A stretch of DNA of 64,000 bases from Octopus sinensis (Eukaryota): assembly GCF_006345805.1 (NCBI RefSeq), contig NC_043012.1, positions 23,870,001 through 23,934,000 of the forward strand. Reading direction: 5' to 3'. Shown here piece after piece: positions 26,600-40,264 of this stretch. Within the stretch, counting starts at the first letter, position 1. Each line of letters starts with the position of its first letter. A program made the translations under genes and the position numbers. Under the pieces are notes generated by a model. It did not search any database, was not told the origin of the DNA, and saw only the letters and a list, made by a program, of their open reading frames with translations.

Positions 26600-26945
26600 T
26601 ATATGGCTCTCCTGTTGGCTCTCCTGCAACTCAACTTGATTTCGAGCCGGATCGTCTGCTGCTGGAGAGGACCGACCAGGTAAAGGACCTGGGTATCTTG
26701 GTGGATTCTTCCTTTTTGCCTTCGGCCCAGTGCGTCTATGCTGCCAACAAAGCACGCGGAGTTCTGTTTTTGATTCGACGGTCATTCGGAATGCTCACAG
26801 CAGCCATATTCCTACCACTCTATGTCACGCTGGTTCAAAGTCTCTCTTGACCAGAAATGGCCTGAACTCTTTGCATGAACACCCTCCCTGTACATAACTC
26901 CATGTCCCCCTACATGGCCTTGGTTTTTGCTTTTTGAGCCAACTT
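26600..26945 (+). mobile_element. Internally deleted CR1 LINE fragment
   Basis: QVKDLGILVDSSFLPSAQCVYAANKARGVLFLIRRSF..LYVTLV, joined directly to the same 3' end as 6580-6708. Confidence 0.8.
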
Positions 26946-27104
26946 AACTATATATATTTGTATGCAAGTAAGCACATATGTCCAAAACAAAATGGGAAAA
27001 TAGTTCCTTGAAAATCACAAGGCAGAGTGAAACACTTTGTTATTAAAGCCGAACATTTTAATTTCATTTATATTATTATATCAAGCCAAGCGAAGTCTCA
27101 GATG

Positions 27105-27580
27105 CTGGTGTCACGTAACTGGCACCTGTGCAGGTGGCACGTAAAAGGCACCTTTTGAGTGTTGAGCCTCACAGAGGCAAAGTGGTTGAGCTCCTTTTGA
27201 ATGTTGGGCTTCACAGAGCCAATGACCAAGACCTTTGGCATTATGTTGGACTCTCAAGCCAAGTAAAATCATAGCCATGGCAGATACCAGTGTCATGCAA
27301 ATGGCACACATGCTGGTGGCACATGAAAGCACCTTTCAAGTGCTAGGCCTCTTGGGGGCAATGACCAAGTCCACTTGGCATTAGGCCATGCTTGAGAAGA
27401 AATCGCAGTCATGACAGATACTGGTGTCACACAACTGGCACCCATGCCGGTGGCACTCTTGGAGTGGTTGGTGTTAGGAAGGGCATCAAGCCATAGAAAA
27501 CCATGCCAAATCAGACTGGAGTCTGGTGCAGCCTTCCAGCTCATGCCAGCATGGACAATGAACGTTAAATGATGATTATA
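27105..27580 (+). mobile_element. Older RTE LINE 3' UTR copy
   Basis: gtgcaggtggcacgtaaaa modules, the ttaggaagggcatc box and a (GAT)-rich tail. An opposite-strand copy lies at 27720-27935. Confidence 0.7.
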
Positions 27581-29049
27581 ATGATGATATTATCTTTATA
27601 TCATAACAATAATAATGATGATCATGATGATAAGCTAAGTAACAGTTTTGTGAAGTTTGTTTTTACTTTATAAAATAATGTGTATGTGTAAGTGTGTGTG
27701 TGTGTGTATATATATATATCATCAACATCATTTAATGTTTGCTTTCCATGCTAGCATGGGTTGGACAATATTGACTGAGGACTGGTGAACCAGATGGCTG
27801 CACCAGGCTCCAATCTTGATCTGGCAGAGATTCTACAACTGGATGCTCTTCCTAACGCCAACCACTCCGAGAGTGTAGTGGGTACTTTTTACGTGCCACC
27901 GGCACGGGGGCCAATCAGGCGGTACTGGCAATGACCTTATACACACACATACACATCAATAATAAGGAGAAAGAAGAATTCAAACATTCAAACCTAATGT
28001 TTATTTCGAGTTAGCTTATTCATAATAATTGTCTGACATGTGTTTCGATTGCACTAACTGCATATTGTTGCATCTAAGTAGCCAAGAAATAAACTCTAAC
28101 ATCAGATGAGAGCTAAAGGATGGGTATACCAAAAAAAACACACCATCTGAAGGAACCAGTGTTGGCATTTTACTCAGAGAAATTTGGTATTTGCCTGGAC
28201 ATTATATCCCACCACTTACTCTGTGTGTACATGGATGTATGTGTATAGTTGAAATTTAGAGAATTTTTTGTTATTGTATGGCTCATCCGATGATGAGCTA
28301 TGTCTCATGCGACCCATTTCTTAAAAATGGTTGCCTGTGCGCATATGTGTGTGTGCGTGTGTGAAGGAGAGGAAGAGGGTGTAGAAAATATAAGAAAGAA
28401 TACAAAAAGTGTAGGGAGAAGTGAAGAGAGAATGAAATGAGAGTAGAAAGACTAAGAATACAAAGAGATAGATAGAGAGAGAGAGAGAGAGGAAGACGAA
28501 ACAAAGAGAGGGAAGGAAAGGAAGAGAATAAAGAGAGAGAAACAATGAGAGAAAATAAACACTGAAGAGAGAAAAAATGAGAGAGAAAGAGTATGGATGT
28601 GTGCATGAGAGAGAGAGAGAGAGAGAGTATTAGTGTCATATATATTAGCAAAAATGGAACTGCGACTAGCAAGGTAGTATTATTTTAATTAAAGATTCAA
28701 CCTCCGACCTTATTATTCCAGATGGGACACACAGACAGACAGAGAAACAGACAAGCAACAACAACAACAACAACATCAATGAAAAATGAATTCATCAACA
28801 TTCAGAAACACCATCAATTTCATTTCCCGACCCGAAATTATCACAAGCACTACGACAATCACCACCACCACCACCACCACCACGGGTACAACCTCAATTT
28901 TCTGGAACCTTTTGCTCCAAAGGCCTTTCCAGATTATTGATTTTTCTGAAGAAGGGGTGGTCATCTTGATGTAAATGAAACAAATATTAAATTCGCTCAA
29001 AATGAAATACAGACAGTTTTAAATCAGCTTGGATTATAAAAGTTTCTAG

Positions 29050-29242
29050 ACCATAGGTGCCTCAAAAGTCAGCATTGTACCAGTACTACTACTCTACTAC
29101 TACTACTACTAACATTAAACCATACATGACCAGAGGTGCCACAAAAGTCAGCACTGTACCAGTACTACTACAAGTACTACTACTACTACTAACATTAAAC
29201 CATACATGACCAGAGGTGCCTCAAAAGTCAGCATTGTACCAG

Positions 29243-29283
<41 letters not shown>

Positions 29284-29380
29284 ACATTAAACCATACATG
29301 ACCAGAGGTGCCTCAAAAGTCAGCATTGTACCAGTACTACTACTACTACTACTACTACTAACATTAAACCATACATGACC
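29050..29380. repeat. Minisatellite, 4 units of about 77-90 bp with variable (TAC)n
   Basis: Unit aggtgcc(t/a)caaaagtcagca(t/c)tgtaccag(tac)n taacattaaaccatacatgacc. Confidence 0.92.
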
Positions 29381-29715
29381 ACCACCATTGAGCCAATACT
29401 GAGTTGTTTAGTGGATTCGACAATTAAATGCTCATCCTTGAAACTGACTGTCTTGTTATATCTCTCTCCCTATAGTAAACACGAGAGGGAGAAATACATA
29501 CCAGGGCATTGTTCTACAGACTGATGCCCTTCTATTTGCTAATCTATATCTTGTTTCTAACCCATATCTCTTTCCTGTTTCTCCTTTTGTTTTCTTGCTT
29601 CTTCCTCCAAGCTAATCTTTTATCGTTTGCCTTTTACTTGTTTTAATCATTGGACTGCAGCCATGTGAGGCAACTCTCTCGAAAGGTTTTAGTCAAATAA
29701 ATCAGCCCCTGTACT

Positions 29716-30093
29716 TATTCTTTTACTTGCTTCAGTCATAATACTACGGCCATGCTGGAGCATCGTCTTTAGTCAAGCAAATCGACCCCAGAGCTTATTC
29801 TTTGTAAGCCTAGTACTTATTCTATTGGTTTCTTTTGCTGAACCGCTAAGTTACGGGGACATAAACACACCAGCATTTGTTGTCAAGCGATGTTGGGGGG
29901 ACAATCACAAACACACACATATATATATATATACACATATATACGATGGGCTTCTTTCAGTTTCCGTCTACCAAATCCACTCACAAGGCTTTGGTCGGCC
30001 CGAGGCTATACTAGAAGACACTTGCCACGCAGTGGAACTGAACCCATGACTATGTGACTGGTAAGCAAGCTACTACCACACAGCCACTCCTGC
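29716..30093 (-). mobile_element. SINE family A copy
   Basis: Reverse complement of 23063-23480. Confidence 0.85.
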
Positions 30094-30178
30094 TGATAAT
30101 TTTTTTAAAGTTAGGTACTTATTTTGTTGGTAACTTTTTGCCAAACTGCTACGTTACATTGGACATAAACAAACACAA

Positions 30179-30209
<31 letters not shown>

Positions 30210-30476
30210 TGTATGTTCATAACAGGCTTCCACACAGTTTCTCTCTATGAAATTCACTCACAAGGCATTGGTTAATCCTAGGCTAAAGTAAAAGACACAG
30301 GGTGGGACTGAACCCGAAATCACATGGTTACAAAGTGAGCGTCTACATTATGCAAGTTATGAGATGATGTGTTAATATATATCATTGTTATTTACTCAAT
30401 GCTTTCCACACAAGAGCACAGAATTTAAACCTTCAAAAACCCCTTCCCCGCTAACTCTTGCTGTCACTCTCTAAGG

Positions 30477-30775
30477 CAGGAGTGACCAATCTGAGGCCTG
30501 CAGGTTGCATGCAACCTGCAGACTTTATCTTGTAGCCTGCTTAAAACTTTCTTGAAATGGGTTTATTTAAACATTTAAAAATTTTATCAAAAATTAAAGA
30601 TTGTAATGTCAAGTAAACAATATTATTTCATGTTGAATCAACAATTATTCATTCCTTATTGTAATAATAGCATGAGAAAGCAAAACGCTTTCAATTCTGT
30701 CAGTACACAAGCGGCCCTTAAAAAACTTTAGTTGATTAAAGTGGCCTGCAATGTAATTCAAGTTGTCCAGGCCTG
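30477..30775. mobile_element. hAT (Charlie-like) MITE
   Basis: 8-bp target duplication ctctaagg (30469-30476, 30776-30783) and imperfect TIRs caggagtgaccaatct / aagttgtccaggcctg. Confidence 0.85.
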
Positions 30776-32022
30776 CTCTAAGGGCTTGCATATGGTTTCT
30801 GCCAATCAATACCAGTCATTCGTCAATGAAAGGCTTTAATAGATGGCATATGTATCAGAAGTTATGCTACAATTATAAACTCCCCCCACCAAAAAAAAAA
30901 AAAACCCAAAGATTGTATAGTGGACCACACTTTATGATATACCAGTCCACACAGTTATGATCAAGGCTACTTGCCCAGATATTGTGGTTAAGGATGCCCT
31001 TGACTGAGAGAACATCTTAGTTGAAGTGTCAGTTCCAGTGGAATGATAATAAAACACTAAAAGAAATAGGAAAATTATTGAAATTCAACCATTAGCATCC
31101 AGATTACTCTGCCAAATGTTATGCTTGTATATTCAACTTTTTTCAATCAATCATGCATTATCAGAAAACTTTGAAAATTTGATGCTTTCAAATTTTTCAG
31201 CACAGGGCCAGTAATTTTAGGGGAGGAGATTATTCGATTACATCAACCCCAGTGTTCAACTGGTATTTATTTTTTATTGATTCCAAACAGATGAAAGAGA
31301 AAGCCAAGAGCAAATAACTTCATCACAGATATGATGGAGATGTGAAAGTTCTTGATAGAAATGAATTTGTTCAAATTTAATCTGGTACAATTACAATTTA
31401 GCTTGGTATTATAAAAATGTGGTGGGGAGAAGGAAGAGGAAGAAACAAAACAATTACATAATGGGGGAGGGGTAGTAGATATAGATAGTCACAGTAACAA
31501 GTACAACAGCAATAACAGAAAATAAACAAAAAGCAATCAAATTAAACTAAAAAGAAACAAAAAAGAAAAAAATGTCCACCACCCTCTCCCTATCCCCAGA
31601 CAATAATAATAATAATTTTTATAAAATAAATGAAAGCAAAGTGAATGAGCAAAAGTTGAGATAGTTATACAGAAAAATGAGAAGAGGATATCTAAAATTG
31701 TCAAAAAAAAAAATTGCATGAAAAATAAAAACTAAGAAAAACAATTTTTTTTTTTGATAAATTTTGATAAATATTTCCTTTTGTCTCTCATTGTGAAAAA
31801 AAAATGTATTAAAAAAGAAAACAAGAAAGTGGAACAAAAATATAGAAAAAACTATTGATGAACAGAAAAGAACCAACAACCTAGTAATATATCATAGACA
31901 AATAAATATACATATATATATACTTGTATGTATATGTACACTCATCTTATATATCGATATGCACATATACACACAAATATATACTTACGTGTGTTACATG
32001 TATGTGTATACACTTAAAGGTA

Positions 32023-32074
<52 letters not shown>

Positions 32075-32424
32075 TATATATATATATATATATATTCATA
32101 CATATATATATATATATAGTCATATATATATATATATATATATATATTCATACACACACACATGTCCATATATGTATACACACAAACACATGCAGAAATA
32201 ATCTACCCACAGGCACAAACACACAAATACACGCACACTGTAATTGCACCATAGAAATATTGTACATATATGTAAATTATTTCTATGGTCTAATTAATGA
32301 GTATGTGTAGGTATGCGTGCGTTTGTATACCGCACACACACATATGGATAGAGATGCATAAACACAAACACGCAAAAATAAAGGATTTCGGAGAAATGTA
32401 TTACTGCTTCTGCTGTTGTTGTGG

Positions 32425-32462
<38 letters not shown>

Positions 32463-33086
32463 TTGTCTACAAAGATATTCAACAAAGTTATGAGAAACAT
32501 TTAACCGATGAGAAACTGGTCAACCGCATGGGTGGGGTGGAGGTCAGGGGGTGAATGGTCAAAAAGTAAAAAAACAACTATGTATGCATGTGTGTGCGTG
32601 TGTATGTGCACGTATGGTATGTATATTATATATACACATGAATATATATATACATGTATGCGTGTGTGTGTGTGTATATATATGTATATATATACATAGA
32701 GACACACACACATGTATATGAGGAAATAAAATAAATAAGGAGATAAATTATATATATTAAAAAAATAATATGGTAATTCATCTTTGGATGGATGCATTCC
32801 ATAATTGAACTGTTATAAAGAGGGTGTGGTTGATGGGCTGGCTGGAGATTTGGAATTGGTAAGGAAAGAGAGAGAGAGAGAGAGAGAAGGAGGGAGGGAG
32901 GGATAGTAAGAGAAAAGAAGACATGTAGTGTGGGAGGGATAGCAAGAAAGATTGGCAATCAATTTGGCTAAATTCTATCTTCTGGAAATCACCAATTAGA
33001 AGTGATGCCAGTGATCGATGAGTATTGGAGAGAGAGAGAGTTTGAGTATGTATGTATGAATGTATGAACATGTGTGTGTGTATGTG

Positions 33087-33131
<45 letters not shown>

Positions 33132-33416
33132 CCATATATACTCATATATATGTATACATGGTTGCACTATTGGTCAAGAGAGCATAGTATTGTGGAACAA
33201 CGTTTAACTCTTTCTCATTCAGAAGCTGATACTAAAACTGAAAAAACAAATAGTACTTCCTGGTTAACACTAAAGAATCTGTTAAAGAAATCCAGAAAAA
33301 TGTTTTAATCTTCAAACGTGTCCAATAGTGTAAAAGGTGAAGAGAGTGAAGACTAGAGAGATACGAAATGAATAGCAAGAACTCTTTCTGCTTTTTGTTC
33401 TATTTTTCTGTTTTCG

Positions 33417-33860
33417 TCAAAAATCAAAATCAAAATCAAAATCGATCAACATCAATAGAAATTGTAGCTGTGATACCAGTGCCGGTGGTACGTAAGAGAA
33501 CCATCCGAACGTGGCCGTTACCAGCGCTGTCCCGACTGGCCTCGTGCCGGTGGCACGTAAAAAGCACCATCCGATCGTGGACATTGCCAGCCTTCCCTGG
33601 CCCCTGTGCTGGTGGCACGTAAAAGCACCATCCAACTGTGGCCGATTGGCAGCCTAGTCTGGCACTTGTGCCGGTGGCACGTAAAAGCACCCACTGCACT
33701 CATGGAGTGGTTGGCGTTAGGAAGGGCATCCAGCTGTAGAAACATTGCCAGATCAGACTGGGCCTGGTGCAGCCTTCTGGCTTCCCAGACCCCAGTTGAA
33801 CCGTCCAACCCATGCTAACAGGGAAAGTGGACGCTAAACGATGATGATGATGATGATGAT
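33417..33860 (+). mobile_element. RTE LINE 3' UTR/tail, well preserved
   Basis: (aaaatc)n, four GTGCC-GGT-GGCAC modules, the conserved terminal box and (GAT)n; collinear with the reverse complement of 59483-60010. Confidence 0.85.
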
Positions 33861-34302
33861 GTCCACAGCCTTGTTGACATTTTACCATATGTGATGACAA
33901 ATCAGACACACTTTTTCTTTCTAAAATAAGGGTGGCAAAAAAATCAATTCAGGTCCCAGATGCAAAGTTAGGCATCCTATAAGATTTAATACGCTGAGAA
34001 GATTTTTCTATGAATACATACATGTCAAATGTACAAATACATACATGAGAATGTTTACACCCTGTGCTTTGTATAAAAGTATTGAGCTAAAAATTGGTGA
34101 CATCTGTTGACACTACCTATTGAAAAGAAGTATATACTATCCTGAAGTTCTGCATTTTGGAAGTCAAGTGGAATAGAAATATAACTCTTATTTGAAAAAT
34201 AGGTGCTGGCTGATGGAAATAAGGGATTCAAACTTTAACACAATGTCTCAATAGTATATATTTATTGAACCAATGCCAGCTGGAAAAAGGATGTAAAATG
34301 AA

Positions 34303-34702
34303 TCTCTATATATATAAACGGCAGTTTGTCTGTCTGTGTGTCTGTCAGGTTGTACCCTCACCCTGACCACGGCTTTCAACCGATTCTGATGAAACTTGAC
34401 ACACACATAGCCCAATGTCATAATTCAAAACTAAGGCAGCGAAAATTTTGAAAGGTTCCCCCAGTTCTGAAAAAAATCGATAAATTCGACATGGGGTCGA
34501 AAATCTAAGCTTTTTATATGCAATACATTTTCTGTCGGGAGACAGCTAGGAACATCGTATACATAGAAGTATTCGAGTGAAGAGAGGACATTGCAACCTA
34601 AACATGCGCCTTCGTTCCCTAGAGGGAAAGAACTAGATTGGGATTAGTCGTTGCCTACTAGGGGCTCTTACATACCCGAGCAACGCTGGGCTATGCTGCT
34701 AG
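34303..34702 (+). mobile_element. Non-autonomous Helitron
   Basis: Inserted between A and T; 5' TC; subterminal tgtctgtc repeats; 3' hairpin cccgagcaacgctggg (34675-34690) then CTAG (34699-34702). Confidence 0.85.
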
Positions 34703-34869
34703 TCAAGAAATAAATGACTGAATGAATAAACATATATTGAAATGTTAAATTAGATTTTTTATTTTAAAACTAGTTTAAGAATAACGACAGAATTTTTATT
34801 GATGTGGCATCAAATTACTTACAGTGGAATCCACTTTATTTTGAAGTTTCAGTTGACTGAGACATTACA

Positions 34870-35220
34870 ATCATCATCATCATCATCATCATCATCAGCA
34901 TCACCATCATCATCATTTAATGCCTGTTTTCCATGCTGGCATGGGTTGGACAGTTTGACTGAGGTCTGGAAAACCAGCTGCTGCACCAAGCTCCAATCTG
35001 ATCTGGCAATGTTTCTACAGCTGGATGCCCTTCCTAATGCCAACCACTCCTGAGAGTGTAGTGGCACAAGAGCCAGTCAGACAGGTCTGGCATCAATCAC
35101 GTTCAGATAGTGATAGTGCTTTTTATGTGCCACCGACATGGGAGCCAGTCAGGGGGCACTGGCATCGGCCATGTTCGGATGGTGCCTTTTACATGCCATC
35201 AGCACAGGAGCTAGTCAGGC
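34870..35220 (-). mobile_element. RTE LINE 3' UTR/tail fragment
   Basis: (ATC)n followed by the reverse complement of the conserved tail boxes. Confidence 0.8.
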
Positions 35221-35269
35221 TGCCCTATATATATATGTACACACACACACACACACATATATATGTTGG

Positions 35270-35850
35270 CTGCAACATGATTTTCAGAAAATATCCTCAT
35301 GTGATTTTTCTCTTGAACATGAGCAGCATAAATGTGGTTTTTGTACAGATGTGGCAATGACGAGAACCTCTTGCCACAGGTGTTACAAATACTGCCTTGG
35401 CAAACCTTCACATGAGGTTTCAGTTCACCTCCTAATGCACTTTATTGTCCACACTCACTGCAACTACAGACGCTGTATAAATCCAACAACTGCCCTCCAT
35501 GTTTAACTCCTCTGATGACTTCTAAGACCTACCTCACTTTTAGATGTTTAAAGTGGCTATTCACTTACATACTCAGGCAAATTCACACCAAGACCCTTAC
35601 CAACATCTCTCTCTTTCCCTTGAGCTTTTCATTCTCAATAGGGTTTTATTCAGATTCCCCTTCTTCCCATCATGCACTGCTTTCGTCCATGACAAATCAT
35701 CAACAACAAGATTTTTCCCCCATCTGTTTTCCAATATTTTAGGCCTTCACCAGTGTATTTTTGATGTATTCCTCGTACCTCAATCCTGGTTTGTGTGCTG
35801 GTCTTTTAACTAAAGCTAACTTGCCATACAAAAATTGTTAGCTCAGTCTT
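35270..35850 (-). pseudogene. Degenerate RTE-BovB-like ORF2 C-terminus with zinc-finger remnants
   Basis: QFLYGKLALVKRPAHKPGLRYEEYIKNTL..DDLSWTKAVHDG and CSECGQ..CNTCGKRFSSL..H; in-frame stops. Confidence 0.55.
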
Positions 35851-36491
35851 TGCACTACTGACAACATATATAACAGAGTATAAAAACTGTTACAAAGGTG
35901 GGTTGTTGGCAATTAAACTCACAATCCTATCAATGAGGGAGGGGTTTGTTGGATACTCACTGAAACAATGATAATATACATACAAATCAGATTGGAGCCT
36001 GGTGCAGCCTGCCGGCTTACCAGTTCTACATCAAACCACCCAACCCATGCCAGCATGGAAAGCGGACATTAAATGACAATGATGGTACATACATACATAC
36101 ACACACACAGATACATAGATACATACATCAGGAATCTTGCAACAAAAATTCATAAATATCTATATATATATATGTCTATTTCTTTATTGCCCACAAGGGG
36201 CTAAACATAGAGGGAACAAACAAGGACAGACAAAGGGATTAAGTCGATTACATTGACCCCAGTGTGAAACTGGTACTTTATTTATCGACCCCAAAAGGAT
36301 GAAAGGCAAAGTCGACCTCAGCGGAATTTGAACTCAGAACGTAATGACAGACGAAATACCGCTAAGCATTCGCTCGGTGCCCTAACGTGATATATATATA
36401 TATATATCATCATTTAACGTCTGCTTTCCATGCTAGCATGGGTTGATATATATATATATATATATATATATATTTCCCTAATTATAAATAA

Positions 36492-36522
<31 letters not shown>

Positions 36523-36968
36523 CATATAAATAAACACACACACACACAGCATATACATGTATATCTATCTTTTATCTTTAACTAGTTTCAGCCAGATGAG
36601 GCTAAAACACCACCTTTCAGTGTGATTAGATCTCTTTTCTTTTCTCTCTCTCTTGACATAGATATGTGTGTGTGTGTGTTGTATCTACATTGTAAAGGTT
36701 ATCATTTCATTTTAGCATGCTACAATGATGGTCCAAGATAATACTGAAGCTGTAAAGAAGAGTTCAGTTCCAAACAGCAGCATACAGGATACAGTCCACC
36801 CATTCTCTGTCCGTCTGTCTCTGTCTCTCTCTGCCAACAGACTTATCTACATATGTTAATAAAGTTGTCCTGTTAACATTTCATGTTCTTCCTGACAATG
36901 TATTCTGTTGCTATCTATTTAGTGAAAGGCTATTTCTGAATAATTTATTGTTCATTCTGAGAAACCAG

Positions 36969-37055
36969 ATATATATATATATATATATATAAACTTAGTA
37001 CAGACTGCTATGAAGCATATGTATTTCTGTATGCATTTGTATGTATGTGTGCGTG

Positions 37056-37096
<41 letters not shown>

Positions 37097-37728
37097 CAAA
37101 AATAAGCAACAAGAATAACTTCAGTAATTTGGTACGATCGTTTCACGCTACATCATTTTATTAAATATTGTAAGTATTACAACAGTTTTAAAATATTTAA
37201 TAAAATGATGTAGCGTGAAACGATCGTACCAAATTACCGAAGTTATTCTTGTTGCTTGTTTTTGATTATAATCACCCAATGGATTTCTATGGATAACACC
37301 ATACAAAATTCTGGTGCATCTAACCTAAGTACCATATTCATTTGAATCTATATATATATATATAATATATATATATATATAAACTTAGTACAGACTGCTA
37401 TGAAGCATATGCATTTCTGTATGCATTTGTATGTATGTGTGCGTGTATGTATATATATATATATATATATATACATATCAAAAATAAGCAACAAGAATAA
37501 CTTCAGTAATTTGGTACGATCGTTTCACGCTACATCATTTTATTAAATATTGTAAGTATTACAACAGTTTTAAAATATTTAATAAAATGATGTAGCGTGA
37601 AACGATCGTACCAAATTACCGAAGTTATTCTTGTTGCTTGTTTTTGATTATAATCACCCAATGGATTTCTATGGATAACACCATACAAAATTCTGGTGCA
37701 TCTAACCTAAGTACCATATTCATTTGAA

Positions 37729-37760
<32 letters not shown>
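36969..37760. repeat. Tandem duplication (about 390 bp x2), each unit carrying a 172-bp palindrome
   Basis: Units begin aaacttagtacag at 36991 and 37381; palindromes at 37095-37266 and 37477-37648. Confidence 0.92.
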
Positions 37761-37766
<6 letters not shown>

Positions 37767-39868
37767 CATACACACACACACACACAAACACACACACAAT
37801 GAGTTATTACAAATGGAGTCTCCATCAGTTTTGACAATCAGTACATGACAGTCCAATGAAGTGAGCTGCCTGTTCATTGAACTCGCTTCCAAGTCCCTAA
37901 ATATTTTCAGCCGTTTTGATACCAATTCCATTGAAACTGTCCTTCGTCCCTTGATACAAATTTCCTGTTTTAACAGTGATAGAAATTGAAATTTCCATAT
38001 ATCTGCCTGTCACTGGGGATATCGAAAGACCCAGATTTGATCACCTGCCCAAGGGGTAGAAGGGTGGGTTATATGCTTTAGGTGTAGTCATGGCTGTGTG
38101 GAAAGAAGTTTACTGCCCAACCACATGGTTCTGGGTTCAGTCCCACTATGTAGCACCTTGGGCCAGTGTCTCCTACTATAGCCTGGGATCAACCAAAATC
38201 TTGTGAGTGGATTTCGTATCCTACAACTTTGGATAGAATGCTTGGCAGCATTTCATCTGTCTTTATGTTCAAATTCTGTCAAGGTCGACTTTCATCCTTC
38301 AGGGGAAGTCGATGAAATAAGTACCAGCTGCACACTGAGGTCAATGTAATCAACTTACTCGCCTCCCCCAACATTTTGGCATATCGTACAAAGCATTGTT
38401 AATATTATTATCATTATTATTATTACAAGTGTGGCTCAGTGGTTAGGCAGTTTGCTTCCTCATGACATGGTTTTGGGTTCAGTCCTACTGTGTGGTACCT
38501 TGGGCAAGTGTCTTCTACTAAAGTTTCGAGCTCTCCAAAGCCTTACGAGTGGATATGTTAGACAGAAACTGAAAGCAGAATGTTGTGTCTGTTTGTGTCT
38601 CCTTGTCTTCATATTGCATAGTAGTGGCATTATTAAGTCGGCAAGCAGGCAGAATCATTAGCATGCCAAGCAAAATGCTTCATGGTATTTCCTTCTGAGT
38701 TCAAATTCCACCGAGATCAACTTTGCCCGTCATCCTTTCAGGGTCGATTAAATAAGTACCAGTTACGCACTGGGGTTGATGTAATCGACTTAATCCCTTT
38801 GTCTTTCCTTGTTTGTCCGCTCTATGTTTAGCCCCCTGTGGGCAATAAATAAATAATTATTCTGTGCAAACATATCGGGCTATGGAGAAATATTACTTTT
38901 CTTGGAAACAAGTGTGGTTTGGTGACAGGAAAAGCATCCAGTTGTATAAAAAAACTGCCTCCTCAATAAATTCTGTCTAATCCACACAAGCACCAAGAGA
39001 TGATGATGATGATGAATAAGATTGGTCTAAAAATAACAGATGCAACAGCATTTGTTATACAAGAACAGGCCCTCACTGTGAGAAGAACTTATAATTTCTA
39101 TAATGCAGAGACATGACAAATGCCTAGCATTCTGGCCAGTTTCCAAGACAATATCCATCTTTCTATTAGGCTGTACAACAATAACCCTTGACAAAATACA
39201 CTTAGAGACCTAGCAATGTCAGAAAATGTTGTGTGTATGTGTATGTGGGGGGGAAAGGGGTCACCCAGTTTGATCATCTGTCATAGAAAGTTCAGCTGTA
39301 CTGTTAAGAACATTCACTCCTCTATGAGAGCCTTTGAGGAACTTTAACCATTCCACTTTGGCAACAACAAGCACACAGCAACCTTGATGTTATTTTTCAG
39401 GGCAGCATTGGCTGAAGTGAATCATTATTGAAACAGAAATAATGAGAGACTACAAGTGTTGCAGAAGGAATAAGCGGAATGACAAAGGAACTGGAACAAT
39501 TTCAATATTTAATTCAAATATTCACAAGGAAATCTACTTATTCCTATATGTTTCGGCTTGAGAAAAATACTGTTTTTCCTTGGAAACAAGGGAGTTTGGT
39601 GAGAGGAAGGGCATTTGGGTGTAGAAATCCTGACTCGATAAAATCTGCCCAACCCATGCAAGCATGGAAAAGTGGATGATGATAATGATAAACATCTATG
39701 TACAAACACATGCATATACCTACGTACAAACACACATATATATAAATATACATAAACACACACGTACAGGTGAGCACATAACTGCAAAACAAGGTGTGAA
39801 AAAAAAGTACTCAGATACCAAATGTAGAGCAATATTCTTTTTATTAAAGCTGCAAAATTATCACAGAA

Positions 39869-39906
39869 CTGTTACTCAGAGTTTCACATTCCCATTCGTC
39901 AGACAG
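39869..39906 (-). ncRNA. Type-I hammerhead ribozyme motif inside a Penelope-like terminus (39791-39910)
   Basis: The minus strand reads cugu-CUGACGA-aug(ggaa)ugu-GAAAC-ucuga-GUA-acag. All core nucleotides are present and helices I-III can form (helix II with two G.U pairs). Confidence 0.65.
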
Positions 39907-39962
39907 ATGTGATATATAAAGGATGATGATGGTGTATGTGTTTATATGTATGTATGTGTAAA

Positions 39963-39994
<32 letters not shown>

Positions 39995-40029
39995 TATATA
40001 TATACATACATACATTCATACATTCATAC

Positions 40030-40264
40030 TATTTCTTTACTACCCACAAGGGGCTAAACACAGAGGGGACAAACAAGGACAGACAAACAGATTAAGCCGA
40101 TTACACTGACCCAGTGCGTAACTGGTACTTAATTTATCGACCCCGAAAGGATGAAAGGCAAAGTCGACCTCGGCGGAATTTGAACTCAGAACGTAACGGC
40201 AGACGAAATACGGCTACGCATTTCGCCTGGCATACTAACTAACGTTTCTGCCAGCTCGCCGCCA
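40030..40264 (-). mobile_element. SINE family B, young copy
   Basis: Near-identical to 15040-15266. Confidence 0.88.

Noticed and set aside
33217-33308. Acceptor-like site plus EADTKTEK..KKSRKMF* and similar micro-exon candidates (32470, 36718, 40330, 44021, 45090, 49170)
   Set aside because: Such sites arise by chance in AT-rich DNA; there is no consistent strand, phase or recognisable protein.
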